In this document: in pieces, positions 1 through 11,117 of the stretch
Layout: every line of letters starts with the position of its first letter
Position numbering within the stretch: the first letter of the stretch is position 1
Assembly (NCBI GenBank): GCA_049840735.1
Contig: JASGJN010000007.1
Coordinates: forward strand, 210,680-274,679
Length of the DNA stretch: 64,000 nt
Direction: 5' to 3'
Source of the DNA: Anaeromyxobacter sp.
GTDB taxonomy: Bacteria > Myxococcota > Myxococcia > Myxococcales > Anaeromyxobacteraceae
Translations under genes and position numbers: made by a program
The notes under the pieces: generated by a model
Databases searched by the model: none
The model's input: only the letters and a program-made list of their open reading frames with translations
Told to the model about the DNA's origin: nothing

Positions 1-1295
<1,295 letters not shown>

Positions 1296-1824
1296 TGCGA
1301 GCTCCTAGTGACCGACAGCGAGGCGGGTGTTTACGGCGCGACGGTTGGTGGCGCCCAGGGGCGCCGGCGCGCGGCCGGGGAGGCACGGCCACGGTGGCGG
1401 GACGAGATCCGCCGGGGTGTTGCTCACGTGCTGGGGTTGCGAATGCACGCGGAGGCCTCCGAATGCTTTCGGCACAGTACGCCTGCCCGCTGAAATGGCA
1501 GCGCAGCCGATTGTCGCTGCGCGTTGGCGCGCGGTGCGCGGCGCAGTGCGCAGGAGTTCACCCACAGCGTCACCGCCGCCGGCGCGGGAGGCCGGGCGAC
1601 GCACTGACAGTGTCTTCACTGGAGGCGCAGCGACCGGCTGTCGCAGGCGGCCGCGCGCTGCGGCGCCGCGGCGCGGGGCGGCCGGTCGCCTGGCCTGAGG
1701 GAAGGGTGGGAGCGAGCCGCTGGCGTGGGCGGCCGCCGGCCGGCGCCTACACGGCCGGCCGGTTGCGCCCGCCCGGCCGCGGCAGGAGCGCGCAGCGCAC
1801 GCGGGGTGACGGGCGAGGCCCGGG

Positions 1825-2244
1825 CTACTCCTCCAGCTCGCCCACGAAGGCATCGACCGAGGACATCACCTCGTCGTCGGCCAGCGGGTGCTGCCGGGCC
1901 CGGGCGATGATCTCCATCAGCCGCCGCTCCTCGCGCGGATCGTCCACCGCGTTCGCGATGCGGTGGATCATCCAGAGCGTGTGTGGCGTGGGGCGGCGCT
2001 CGATCGAGGCCACCAGCTCGCGGGTGAAGCTCTCGAGGTCCATGTCCTCCAGGAAGTGGACCAGCGAGCCGGGCTGGCCGAAGTCGAGCCCCGGGTGCTC
2101 CTCCATGAAGCGGAGCACCGGGACCAGCGCCTCGCGCCCGACGTTCAGCTCCTTCCAGAGCCCCACCAGCTCGTTGGACGCCTCGGGGAAGTTGCGGGCT
2201 CCGACGATCTCGCCCAGCTGCGCCTCGATGTCACGGGACTGCAT
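1825..2244 (-). CDS. Hypothetical acidic helical protein, possibly immunity-protein-like
   Basis: ORF MQSRDIEAQL... has good high-GC codon usage and the segment FMEEHPGLDFGQPGSLVHFLE. Confidence 0.6.
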   Translation of the reverse strand: MQSRDIEAQLGEIVGARNFPEASNELVGLWKELNVGREALVPVLRFMEEHPGLDFGQPGSLVHFLEDMDLESFTRELVASIERRPTPHTLWMIHRIANAVDDPREERRLMEIIARARQHPLADDEVMSSVDAFVGELEE

Positions 2245-2389
2245 GGCGCCTCCGCTCTCCTGGCCGGCCGCCGGCCGTCGCCAGGGTGCAAGGAACTCTG
2301 CCACCACCGTTCGAGGGTGGGATGCCGCGTTCGGGCCTACCCTGGTGCGCTAGCCTGAACCGCGGCTCTGCGGGGGAGCGAGCGGCGCC

Positions 2390-2842
2390 TCACGCCCCAC
2401 CGGCCAGCGTCGCCTTGACCGACAGCTCCACGTTTCCCTTCATCATCTGGGAGATGGGGCAGCCCTCCTTGGCCTCCTCGGCAGCGGTCTGGAAGGCGGC
2501 GCCCTCCAGCCCCGGGACGGTGCCGCGGACCTCCAGCGCGGAGGAGATGACCTTGAACCCTGCCCCGACCTTGTCGAAGGTCACGGTGGCGGTCACCTCC
2601 AGGCGCGTGGGCGGGGCGCGGCGCTTGGCCAGGTTGGCCGAGAGCGCCATCGAGAAGCAGCTGGCGTGGGCCGCGGCCACCAGCTCCTCCGGGCTGGTCT
2701 TGCCGCCCGGGTCCTCGGTGCGCGCGGCCCAGCTGACGGGCTGATCGCGCAGCGCCGGGCTGGAGCGCGTGGAGACGCGCCCGCTCCCGGACATGAGGTC
2801 ACCTTCCCAGACCACCTCGGCACGGCGGACGGCTGCGGCCAT
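2390..2842 (-). CDS. osmC: OsmC family peroxiredoxin
   Basis: WEGDL..G.G, TSPEELVAAAHASCFSMAL and AKEGCPIS contain the two catalytic Cys. Confidence 0.92.
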   Translation of the reverse strand: MAAAVRRAEVVWEGDLMSGSGRVSTRSSPALRDQPVSWAARTEDPGGKTSPEELVAAAHASCFSMALSANLAKRRAPPTRLEVTATVTFDKVGAGFKVISSALEVRGTVPGLEGAAFQTAAEEAKEGCPISQMMKGNVELSVKATLAGGA

Positions 2843-3070
2843 GGATCCTCCTCGAGGCCGGGGCGGCGCGCCCCGGCGGATGCGCTCGGAAGATGGCCTC
2901 GCGCCCCGCGCCGCGCCGGGCGCGAACGGGCCGTCCGCGGATGCACGCGAGCGGCCGATCCGGCGCCCGCCCGCCCGGCTGCGTTCCGAGGCGCCCGGGC
3001 CGGCGCGCGCTGGCGCAGCCCAATGCCGCCGAGCGGCTGGAGTCGACCGAGCGGCGGGTGACGCGCTCGC

Positions 3071-3691
3071 TCAGGCCTGGGGCACCTGCGGCAGCACCGC
3101 CGGCTGGCCCCGCGCCGTCTCCACGGCCGCGCGCAGCCCGGTGGCTCCGGTGGAGCGCAGGTGCGTCCAGAGGTTGAGCTCCTCGCCCCACTGGACCGCG
3201 TTGGCCGGGTTGCCCTGCAGGAACGTGAGCAGCGCCGCCGGCGAGGTGGCCTCCGGGTCGAGGCCCCCGGCGCCGGGGTAGTCGGCCGCCTGGAGGGCGC
3301 GGACCACCGACTCGGAGCAGAAGAGCGCGCTGGGCGTGGGGAAGGGGTTCTTCCAGGGCCGCTGCTGGAACCAGCGGGCGATCAGCGTGAGGAAGATGCC
3401 GAACAGCCCCAGCACGTCGAAGCTCTGCCCCAGCCACTCCCCGGCGGCCGGCAGCGCCGGCTCGATGGGGTGGCCAGGGGCCACCAGCGCCACGACCTTG
3501 TTGTCCTTCACGAAGCGGGTGAAGGAGACCAGCCGGAACCCCGACGAGTGGGCCTCCAGCACCAGCCGGAGCTGGAAGAGGGGATCCTCCACCAGCAGCC
3601 AGGCGTGGCTGGTGACCGACCGGGTCATGGCCCGGATCAGCGCGGAGAGGGGGTTCCAGCGGCGCGGGGTCGAGAAGCCGACGTAGACCAT
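3071..3691 (-). CDS. Permuted papain-like NlpC/P60 (YiiX/YaeF-like) protein
   Basis: His motif (TSHAWL) lies before the Cys motif (LFCSESV), followed by ATSPAAL. This is the permuted NlpC/P60 order. Confidence 0.65.
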   Translation of the reverse strand: MVYVGFSTPRRWNPLSALIRAMTRSVTSHAWLLVEDPLFQLRLVLEAHSSGFRLVSFTRFVKDNKVVALVAPGHPIEPALPAAGEWLGQSFDVLGLFGIFLTLIARWFQQRPWKNPFPTPSALFCSESVVRALQAADYPGAGGLDPEATSPAALLTFLQGNPANAVQWGEELNLWTHLRSTGATGLRAAVETARGQPAVLPQVPQA

Positions 3692-3774
3692 GCGCCCGAG
3701 CAGAGCACGGCCGCCGGGCGGCTGTCACGCGCAGTCGAGGACCGTGCGCCCGTTCGACCCGGCCCCGATCCCGC

Positions 3775-4026
3775 TCACCCGGCGCGCCGGACCGTCTTCC
3801 AGGGCTGCGCGTCGCCGTGCTCGTCCACCCGCACGCGCAGGTGGTCGGGGCCGCGCCAGACGCTCCCGGCGATGACGCGGGCCGGGACCCACGGGTAGCG
3901 CTTGCGGCTCTCGGCGGTGACGAACACCACCGGCGAGACCGGGATCGCGTCCGGGACGGCGGCGGGGACGCCCTCCTCGGTGAGCTGGAGCGGCTCGACC
4001 CGGCGGAAGCCGGGGCCGCGGTTCAT
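3775..4026 (-). CDS. Small hypothetical protein (83 aa)
   Basis: MNRGPGFRRVEPLQLTEEGVP... shows coding-like codon usage and is the 3' end of a long shadow ORF. Confidence 0.5.
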   Translation of the reverse strand: MNRGPGFRRVEPLQLTEEGVPAAVPDAIPVSPVVFVTAESRKRYPWVPARVIAGSVWRGPDHLRVRVDEHGDAQPWKTVRRAG

Positions 4027-4380
4027 CCTGCTGTGACGGCCGCGGCGCTTGCCGGCGCGAGGCCCATTCCTGTTCTCGGCGTGAGGACGATCCAAAACGC
4101 GAAGCTCCTGCGAACGCCCGGCTGCCGGCGCGGCTGGCGCGGGCGGTCCTGGGCGAGATGTGGAACGTGGTGGCGCCAGTACGGCGGTCGGCGCGGGTCC
4201 GGCCCGAGGCCGTGACACCACACAAGATAGCGAAAATGTCCGGCGAGACAAGGGGTAGCGGCCGCGACCGGGCGCCCGAGGTGGGAGCTGATCACACCGG
4301 GGGCTCTCGCCGGGCCGCGCCCCTCCCCCAGCTTCGCTGGGCCCCCGCCCCCCCGCTCTCTCGTCTAGGATCACCGCCCC

Positions 4381-5175
4381 ATGCCCGCGCCCGCCACCGG
4401 CCAGACCGTCTTCCTGCTCGGCAGCGCCGCCAGCTTCATGGCCAGCCTGGGGACGGCGCTGGGCGCGCTGCCGGTCCTGGTGCTCCCGCCCGCCTCGCGC
4501 CGCGTGCAGGACGTGCTGCAGAGCATGGCGGCCGGGATCATGCTGGCCGCGACCGCCCTCTCGCTGGTGGTGCCGGGCCTGGCCGCGGCCACCGCGCGCA
4601 CCGGGTCGCCGCTGGCGGGGGCGGCGGTGCTGACGGCGGGGGTGCTGCTCGGCAGCTGGGCCATCTGGTGGACCGACCAGCACACGCCGCACGAGCACTT
4701 CCTGAGGGGCCACGAGGGGCCCGCCAGCCGCCGGCTGCAGCAGGGCTGGCTGTTCACCTTCGCGCTCACCCTCCACAACGTGCCGGAGGGCATGGCGGTG
4801 GGCGTGGGCTACGGGGGCGGCGACGTCGCCAACGGCCACGCGCTGGCGCTGGCCATCTTCCTGCAAAACGTCCCGGAGGGCTTCCTGGTGGCGCTGGCGC
4901 TGGCCGCGGCCGGCTTCCGGCGCCGCCGGGCCGTGCTGGTCTCCTGCGCCACCGGGGTGGTCGAGTCGGTGGGCGGGGTGGTGGGGGCGGCGGCGGTGGC
5001 GGTCTCGGCGGCGATCCTCCCCTGGGCCATGGGGTTCGCGGCCGGCGCCATGCTGTACGTCATCAGCCACGAGATCATCCCCGAGACCCACCACAACGGC
5101 CACGAGGACGCCGCGACCTTCGGGCTGCTGGTGGGGTTCGCGCTGATGGTGCTGATGAACGCGGCGTTCCAGTGA
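4381..5175 (+). CDS. ZIP family metal transporter (GufA/ZupT-like)
   Basis: LHNVPEGMAVG and LQNVPEG motifs, TPHEH loop, HEIIPETH, multiple TM helices. Confidence 0.92.
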   Translation: MPAPATGQTVFLLGSAASFMASLGTALGALPVLVLPPASRRVQDVLQSMAAGIMLAATALSLVVPGLAAATARTGSPLAGAAVLTAGVLLGSWAIWWTDQHTPHEHFLRGHEGPASRRLQQGWLFTFALTLHNVPEGMAVGVGYGGGDVANGHALALAIFLQNVPEGFLVALALAAAGFRRRRAVLVSCATGVVESVGGVVGAAAVAVSAAILPWAMGFAAGAMLYVISHEIIPETHHNGHEDAATFGLLVGFALMVLMNAAFQ

Positions 5176-5377
5176 GCGGTCCGCCTCGGGGCCCCTGGGC
5201 CCGCGAGCCATGCGCGGGGCGGGTCGCGTCGTCCCGCGCGGTGGGCGGGGGAGGCCTCCACCCGTCCCTGCCGGCGGGCCCCCGAGGGGCCCGATCTCCC
5301 GGTCCTGCTCTACTTGTCGTGAACTCCGGCCGAAGGCGCTAGGATTGGACCGGCTGTGAATCCTGCCGGGCGGATCG

Positions 5378-7267
5378 ATGACCTTCGCCGCCAGCATCGC
5401 CATGATCTCGGCGGGCATCGCCTGCTACGTCGCCGTGCTCAGCGCGCAGCTGGCGCGCGCGCCGGGGTGGCGCGAGCAGCGCTTCTTCTCGCTGGCCGCG
5501 GTGGCGGTCGCCGCCTACGCGCTGCTCAACCTGCCCACCACCGGCCAGGTGCTCGACGACCACGCGGTGGTCACCTGCTCGCGCATCCAGTTCGCCCTGG
5601 CGGCGCTCCACACCTACGCCTGGCTCCGCTACTCCAGCGTGCTGCTGGGCCAGCCCACCTCGCGGCTCGATCGCCGGCTGATCCCGCTGCTGGTGGCGCT
5701 GGGGGCGCTGGGCGCGCTCACCCCGGCCTTCCTCACCGGCGCGGTCCGCCGCGACGTCTTCGCCCCCACCGGCAACGTCTACCGGACCGCCGAGACCACC
5801 GCGGCCGGCGGGGTGGCCTACCTGGTCGTGCTGGGGCTCCTGGCCGTCCCGGCGGCCCGCTTCGTGCGCGCCTGGCGGCGCGGGCAGCGCAACACCGGCG
5901 TGCAGGCCGTGGCGCTGGGCGTGCTGCTCTGCATGGGCGTGAACGACGCCCTGGTGGCGGCGGGCCTGCTGCGGACGCCCTACCTGGTGGACGTGGCCTT
6001 CCTGGCCCCGCTGGTGGCGGTGGCGTATGCGCTCACCGCCCGCTTCGTGGCCGACGCCCGGGCGCACGAGGCGCTGCAGCGCGACCTGGTCCGGCAGGTG
6101 GCGGACCGGACGGCGGAGCTGGGGCGGGCCCAGGAGGCGCTCTACCGGGCCGAGAAGCTGGCCGCCCTGGGCCAGTTCGCGGCCGGCGTGGCCCACGACG
6201 TCAACAACCCGGCCGCGGTCGTGACGGCCAACCTGCAGTTCCTGGTCGAGAACGAGGGGCCGGTGCTCTCCGCCAGCGGCCGCGAGGCGCTGGAGGAGTC
6301 GCAGGTGGCCATGGGGCGGCTGGGCGGGATCGTCCGCCAGCTGCTGGACGCCGGGCGGCTGGCGGCTTCGCCCGAGTCGCGGACCGCGGTGGCGCTGCGG
6401 CCGCTGGTGGAGCACGCCTTCTCGGTGGCGCGCGCCCGCTTCGGCAAGCGCGTGCGGCTGGTCAACGCGGTCCGGGAGGACGTGGGGGCGCTGGCCGGGG
6501 AGGGGGTCCTCTCGCAGGTGCTGACGAACCTGGTGGTCAACGCGGTGCAGGCCATCCCCGACCAGCGCAGGGACGGCCAGGTCATCGTGGGGGCCGAGCG
6601 TGACGGGCCGCGGGTGCGCATCCTGGTGGACGACAACGGCGCGGGCATGCCGCCGGAGGTGCTGCGGCGGGTCTTCGAGCCCTTCTTCACCACCAAGCCC
6701 TTCGGGAGCGGCCACGGGCTGGGGCTGGCGGTGTCGCGCGGCCTGGTCGCCAGCCTCGGCGGCGACCTGCGGCTCGAGAGCAGCGCCGGGGAGGGCACCT
6801 GCGCGGTGGTCGAGCTGCAGGCGGCCGCTGCGCCCACCCCGCGGGCCGGGCCCGCGCGGCTGGAGCCGCCCGCGGGCGCCCGGCTCCACCTCCTGCTGGT
6901 GGACGACGAGCCGCCGGTGCTCTCCTCCCTGCGCCGGCTGCTGGAGGCGCGCTTCGGCATCGAGCTGGCGTCCGGGGTGGACGAGGCGCTGGGCCGGCTC
7001 CAGGTCGAGCCCTTCGACCTGGTGCTCTGCGACGTGATGATGCCCGCCGGCGGCGGCGAGCGGCTCTACCGGACGCTGCTCGAGCAGCGGCCGGCGCTGG
7101 CCCGCCGGCTGGTGTTCCTGACCGGTGGCGCGGTGACCGACGCCGCGCGGCGCTTCCTCCACACGCAGCCGCAGCCGGTGCTGCTCAAGCCGCTGGACGT
7201 GGCGCAGCTGTCCCGGGTGGCCGAGCGCGTGGCGGCCAGCGGCGACGCGCGACCGGCGCCGGCCTGA
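5378..7267 (+). CDS. Hybrid sensor histidine kinase (multi-TM sensor, HisKA, HATPase, receiver)
   Basis: About 7 N-terminal TMs; AGVAHDVNNP H-box; NLVVNA; DNGAGM; FFTTK; GHGLGL; receiver LLVDDE...DVMMP...KP. Confidence 0.92.
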   Translation: MTFAASIAMISAGIACYVAVLSAQLARAPGWREQRFFSLAAVAVAAYALLNLPTTGQVLDDHAVVTCSRIQFALAALHTYAWLRYSSVLLGQPTSRLDRRLIPLLVALGALGALTPAFLTGAVRRDVFAPTGNVYRTAETTAAGGVAYLVVLGLLAVPAARFVRAWRRGQRNTGVQAVALGVLLCMGVNDALVAAGLLRTPYLVDVAFLAPLVAVAYALTARFVADARAHEALQRDLVRQVADRTAELGRAQEALYRAEKLAALGQFAAGVAHDVNNPAAVVTANLQFLVENEGPVLSASGREALEESQVAMGRLGGIVRQLLDAGRLAASPESRTAVALRPLVEHAFSVARARFGKRVRLVNAVREDVGALAGEGVLSQVLTNLVVNAVQAIPDQRRDGQVIVGAERDGPRVRILVDDNGAGMPPEVLRRVFEPFFTTKPFGSGHGLGLAVSRGLVASLGGDLRLESSAGEGTCAVVELQAAAAPTPRAGPARLEPPAGARLHLLLVDDEPPVLSSLRRLLEARFGIELASGVDEALGRLQVEPFDLVLCDVMMPAGGGERLYRTLLEQRPALARRLVFLTGGAVTDAARRFLHTQPQPVLLKPLDVAQLSRVAERVAASGDARPAPA

Positions 7268-7371
7268 AGGCGTCGCGCGCGAGCGCGGCAGGGCCCCAGG
7301 CGTCGGGAGAGACCCCACTTCACCGGGTGCTGCGCGTGGCCTACCGCTACTGAGGGTGTGATGTCCTGTAG

Positions 7372-7398
7372 GTGAAACTCACCCCGCGTGAGGTTCAC
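7372..7398. promoter_or_regulatory. Imperfect inverted repeat upstream of the SPT-like gene (candidate operator)
   Basis: GTGAAACTCAC-cccgc-GTGAGGTTCAC: 11-bp arms with one mismatch, in a lower-GC intergenic patch. Confidence 0.35.
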
Positions 7399-7493
7399 CT
7401 TCCGCGTCAGACACGATCGGTACGGTCCCTCCCGGCCGGTGCTCCGGCCCCGCCGCCCTCCCTTCCCCCGGGGCGGCTGCAGAGGAGAGACCC

Positions 7494-8720
7494 ATGGACG
7501 TGTTCGCCAAGTGCGCAGCGCCCCCGCAGGCCAAGCAGCTCCGCGACGCCGGCTTCGACGCCTACTACCGCGTGCTGCAGTCCCCGCCGGACACCGAGGT
7601 GGTGGTGGACGGCCGGCGCATGATCATGCTCGGCTCCAACAACTACCTGGGGCTGGCCGCCCACCCGCGCGTCAAGCGCGCGGCGATGGACGCGGTCGAG
7701 GCCTGGGGCGCCGGCACCACCGGCTCGCGGTGCCTGAACGGCACGCTGGAGCTCCACGCCGCGCTGGAGCGGCAGCTGGCGCGCTTCTTCCGGCGTGACG
7801 ACGCGCTCTTCTTCACCTCCGGCTACATGGCCAACCTGGGCGTCATCTCCGGGCTGGCCGGCCGCGGCGACGTGGTGGTGGTGGACCGGCGCGCCCACGC
7901 CTCCATCCTCGACGGCGCGCGCCTCTCGCAGGCGGAGGTGAAGCGGTTCAGGCACAACGACGCCGAGGACCTGCGGCGGGTGCTGGCCTCCTGCGGCGAC
8001 GCCGGCAAGCTGGTGGCGGTGGACGGCGTCTACTCCATGGAGGGCGAGATCGCGCCGCTGGCCCGCATCGTCGAGGCCTGCCGCGCCCACGGCGCGCGCC
8101 TGGTGCTGGACGACGCGCACGGCCTGGGGGTGCTGGGCCGGACCGGCCGCGGCACCGCCGAGCACTTCGGGCTGGAGGACCAGGTCGACGTGCTGGTCGG
8201 CACCACCAGCAAGTCGCTGCCGGCGGTGGGCGGCTTCGCAGTGGCCGACCAGGCGGTGATCGACTTCCTGCGCTACGGCCAGACCTGCCGGCCGTTCCTG
8301 TTCGCGGCCAGCCCGCCGGCGGCGGCGGTGGCCGCGGTGCGCGAGGCGCTGCGGGTGATGGAGCAGGAGCCGGGTCTGCGCGACCGGCTCTGGGCCCTCA
8401 CCCGCCGCGTGCTGCACGCGCTGCGCGGGATGGGGTTCGACACCGGCGCCTCGCAGACGCCCATCGTGCCGGTGGTGATGGGGCCCGTGGAGCGGACCTT
8501 CGACGCCTGGCGGATGCTGAGCGAGGAGGGCGTGTTCGTGAACGTGGTGCTGCCCCCGGCGGTGCCGGCCGGCGCCTGCCTGATCCGGATGACGCTCACG
8601 GCGGCCCACACCGACGAGCAGATCGACCGGGTGCTGGGGGCGCTGGAGCGGGTGGGGCGCCGGCTGGGGATCATCCCCGGCGGCGTCGCCGAGCCGGTGG
8701 CGGCGCGGAGGGCGGGGTAG
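7494..8720 (+). CDS. PLP-dependent alpha-oxoamine synthase, serine palmitoyltransferase-like
   Basis: MLGSNNYLGL, GTTGSRCLNGT, HASILDG, VDGVYSMEG, DDAHGLG and GTTSKS (PLP lysine). Confidence 0.85.
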   Translation: MDVFAKCAAPPQAKQLRDAGFDAYYRVLQSPPDTEVVVDGRRMIMLGSNNYLGLAAHPRVKRAAMDAVEAWGAGTTGSRCLNGTLELHAALERQLARFFRRDDALFFTSGYMANLGVISGLAGRGDVVVVDRRAHASILDGARLSQAEVKRFRHNDAEDLRRVLASCGDAGKLVAVDGVYSMEGEIAPLARIVEACRAHGARLVLDDAHGLGVLGRTGRGTAEHFGLEDQVDVLVGTTSKSLPAVGGFAVADQAVIDFLRYGQTCRPFLFAASPPAAAVAAVREALRVMEQEPGLRDRLWALTRRVLHALRGMGFDTGASQTPIVPVVMGPVERTFDAWRMLSEEGVFVNVVLPPAVPAGACLIRMTLTAAHTDEQIDRVLGALERVGRRLGIIPGGVAEPVAARRAG

Positions 8721-8736
8721 GGAGGCCCCAGCCGCC

Positions 8737-8769
8737 CAGGCCGAACGGGTTCACGGACCGTTCGGCCTG
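8737..8769. terminator. Hairpin between convergent genes
   Basis: CAGGCCGAACGG-N9-CCGTTCGGCCTG forms a perfect 12-bp stem. No U-tract. Confidence 0.5.
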
Positions 8770-8810
8770 AGCGTAGGGCCGCGCAGCGGCCCGGAGTCGA
8801 AGGCCAGGGC

Positions 8811-10955
8811 CTAGTTGGGCGGGGCCGACGGAGCCGCCGGGGGCGCCGGGAAGCCCCGCTTGCGCATCAGCGCGCCGATGTCCTGGTCGCGGCCGCGGAA
8901 GCGCCGGTAGCCCTCGGCCGGATCGATGGTGTTGCCCACCGAGAAGACGTCGTCCTTGAGCCGCTTCGCCACCGCCTTGTCGTACGGGCTGCCCGCCTCG
9001 GTGAAGGCCTCGTACGCGTCGGCGCTGATGGTGTCGGCCCAGAGGTAGCTGTAGTAGCCGGCCGCGTACCCGTCGCCGCTGAAGAGGTGGTTGAACTGCG
9101 GCAGCCGGTGGCGCATGACGATCTCGGCCGGCATGCCCAGCCCGGCCAGCGTCTCCTTCTCGAAGGCGCTCACGTCCGCCACCTGGCCGGCCAGGTGCAG
9201 CTTCATGTCCACCAGCGCGGAGGAGAGGTACTCCACCGTGGCGAAGCCCTGGTTGAAGGTGGAGGCCTTCTGGATCTTGCGCACCAGCTCCGCCGGGATG
9301 GGCTCGTTGGTCTGGTGGTGCCGGGCGAAGCGCTGCAGCACCTCCGGCGTCTCCAGCCACCGCTCCAGGACCTGCGACGGGAACTCGACGTAGTCGCTCG
9401 GGACGTTGGTGCCGGAGAGGGTGGGGTAGGTGACGCTGGACGCCAGGCCGTGCAGCGCGTGGCCGAACTCGTGGAAGAGCGTCTCGGCGTCGGTCCAGCT
9501 CACCAGCACCGGCTCGCCCGGCTTCGGCTTCACGAAGTTGGCGTTGTTGGAGACGATGGTGGTGATGGGGCGCTCGAACCGCTCCTGGTTGCGGTACGCG
9601 TTCATCCAGGCGCCGGAGCGCTTCCCCTCGCGCGCGTACGGGTCGAAGTACCAGAGGCCGACCAGCCGCCCCTTGCCGTCGGTGACCTCCCAGACGCGCA
9701 CGTCGGGGTGGTAGACCGGGACGCCGCGGGCCGGCTTGAAGTGCAGGTCGAAGAGCTGGCCCGCCACCCAGAACATGCCCTCGCGCAGCTGCTCCAGCTG
9801 GAGGTAGGGCTTCACCGCGTTCTCGTCCAGGTCGTAGCGGGCCTTGCGGACCTTCTCGGCGTAGAACCGGTAGTCCCAGGGCGCGATGGTCAGGCCGGCC
9901 TTCTCCTGGTCGGCGATGGCCTGCATGTCCTTCACCTCCTCGCGGACGCGGGCCACCGCGGCCGGCCAGACCGCCTCCATCAGCTTCATGGCGCGGTCCG
10001 GCGTGCCGGCCATGGTGTCGCCCAGCTTCCAGTGGGCGTAGGTCGGGAACCCGAGCAGCCGGGCCCGCTCGGCGCGCAGCTGGACGATCTCGGCGATGAC
10101 CGCCTTGTTGTCGGTGGGGCCGCCGTTGTCGCCGCGCATGATGAAGTTGCGCCAGACCTTCTCGCGCAGGTCGCGCCGGGTGGAGTAGGCGAGGAACGGC
10201 TCGATGGAGGAGCGGGTGTTGAGGACGGCCCACTTCGCCGGCTGCCCCTTGGCGGCGGCCGCGGCCGCGGCGGCGGAGACCACCGACTCGGGCAGGCCGG
10301 CCAGGTCGGCCTGCGCCTCGAGGAAGGTGGTGTAGCCGCCCTCGTCCTTGAGCAGGTTCTGGCCGAAGGTGGTGGTCAGCGTGGCAAGCCGCTCGTTGAT
10401 GGCGGCGATCCGCTTCTTCCCGGCCTCGTCCACCCCGGCGCCGGCCAGCACGAAGGTGGTGTGGTAGCGCCAGGCCAGGCGCCGCTGCTCCGGCGTGCGC
10501 AGCCACTCGCGCGCCCAGTAGACCGCCTCGATGCGCGAGAAGAGCTTCGTGTTCTGGACGATCCGGTCGCTGTGCGCGGCCAGCTTGGGCGCCAGCGCCT
10601 GCTCGACCTGCTGGAACTCCGGCGAGCTGAGGGCGGAGGACCAGATGCCGTAGATGGTCACCACGCGGTCGAGCGAGCGGCCGGAGCGCTCCATGGCGGC
10701 GAGGGTGTTGTCGAAGGTGGGCGGCTCCTTGCTGTTCGCGATCCGGTCCACCGCGGCCAGCTGCTCCGCCATGGCGGCCTCGAGCGCGGGGCCAATCTCC
10801 TCGACCTTCACCTTGTCGAACGGCGGGAGGCCGCCGTAGGGGCCGGTCCAGGAGGCGAGGAGCGGGTTCTTCACGTGAGCCTCGGCGGGATGGGCCGCGC
10901 CGGCGGGGCCGGCCAGCAGGGCGACGGACGTGAGCAGGCTGAAAAGATGCGTCAT
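8811..10955 (-). CDS. dcp: M3 family metallopeptidase (peptidyl-dipeptidase Dcp-like) with signal peptide
   Basis: FHEFGHALH zinc motif, KRSGAWM, DYVEFPSQ, GYAAGYYSYLWA. Start MTHLFSLL carries a signal peptide. Confidence 0.92.
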   Translation of the reverse strand: MTHLFSLLTSVALLAGPAGAAHPAEAHVKNPLLASWTGPYGGLPPFDKVKVEEIGPALEAAMAEQLAAVDRIANSKEPPTFDNTLAAMERSGRSLDRVVTIYGIWSSALSSPEFQQVEQALAPKLAAHSDRIVQNTKLFSRIEAVYWAREWLRTPEQRRLAWRYHTTFVLAGAGVDEAGKKRIAAINERLATLTTTFGQNLLKDEGGYTTFLEAQADLAGLPESVVSAAAAAAAAKGQPAKWAVLNTRSSIEPFLAYSTRRDLREKVWRNFIMRGDNGGPTDNKAVIAEIVQLRAERARLLGFPTYAHWKLGDTMAGTPDRAMKLMEAVWPAAVARVREEVKDMQAIADQEKAGLTIAPWDYRFYAEKVRKARYDLDENAVKPYLQLEQLREGMFWVAGQLFDLHFKPARGVPVYHPDVRVWEVTDGKGRLVGLWYFDPYAREGKRSGAWMNAYRNQERFERPITTIVSNNANFVKPKPGEPVLVSWTDAETLFHEFGHALHGLASSVTYPTLSGTNVPSDYVEFPSQVLERWLETPEVLQRFARHHQTNEPIPAELVRKIQKASTFNQGFATVEYLSSALVDMKLHLAGQVADVSAFEKETLAGLGMPAEIVMRHRLPQFNHLFSGDGYAAGYYSYLWADTISADAYEAFTEAGSPYDKAVAKRLKDDVFSVGNTIDPAEGYRRFRGRDQDIGALMRKRGFPAPPAAPSAPPN

Positions 10956-11117
10956 CGATGGGTCCTCCGCGATGCGGGAGCGACTGTTCTCGGACGACGC
11001 GCCCGCCGGGTCAAGGCGTCGGTGGTGACCCAGGCCAGCTACCTCGCGAGGAGCGCCCCGGCCGCCCGCCCTCCGGCGTCCCGCTTTCCCCGCCCGGTGC
11101 CCTGCCGCCGGGGGAAG

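Noticed and set aside
1296..1824. Riboswitch in the long hppA leader
   Set aside because: Only short GC hairpins are visible and I recognise no consensus. An Rfam scan would be needed.
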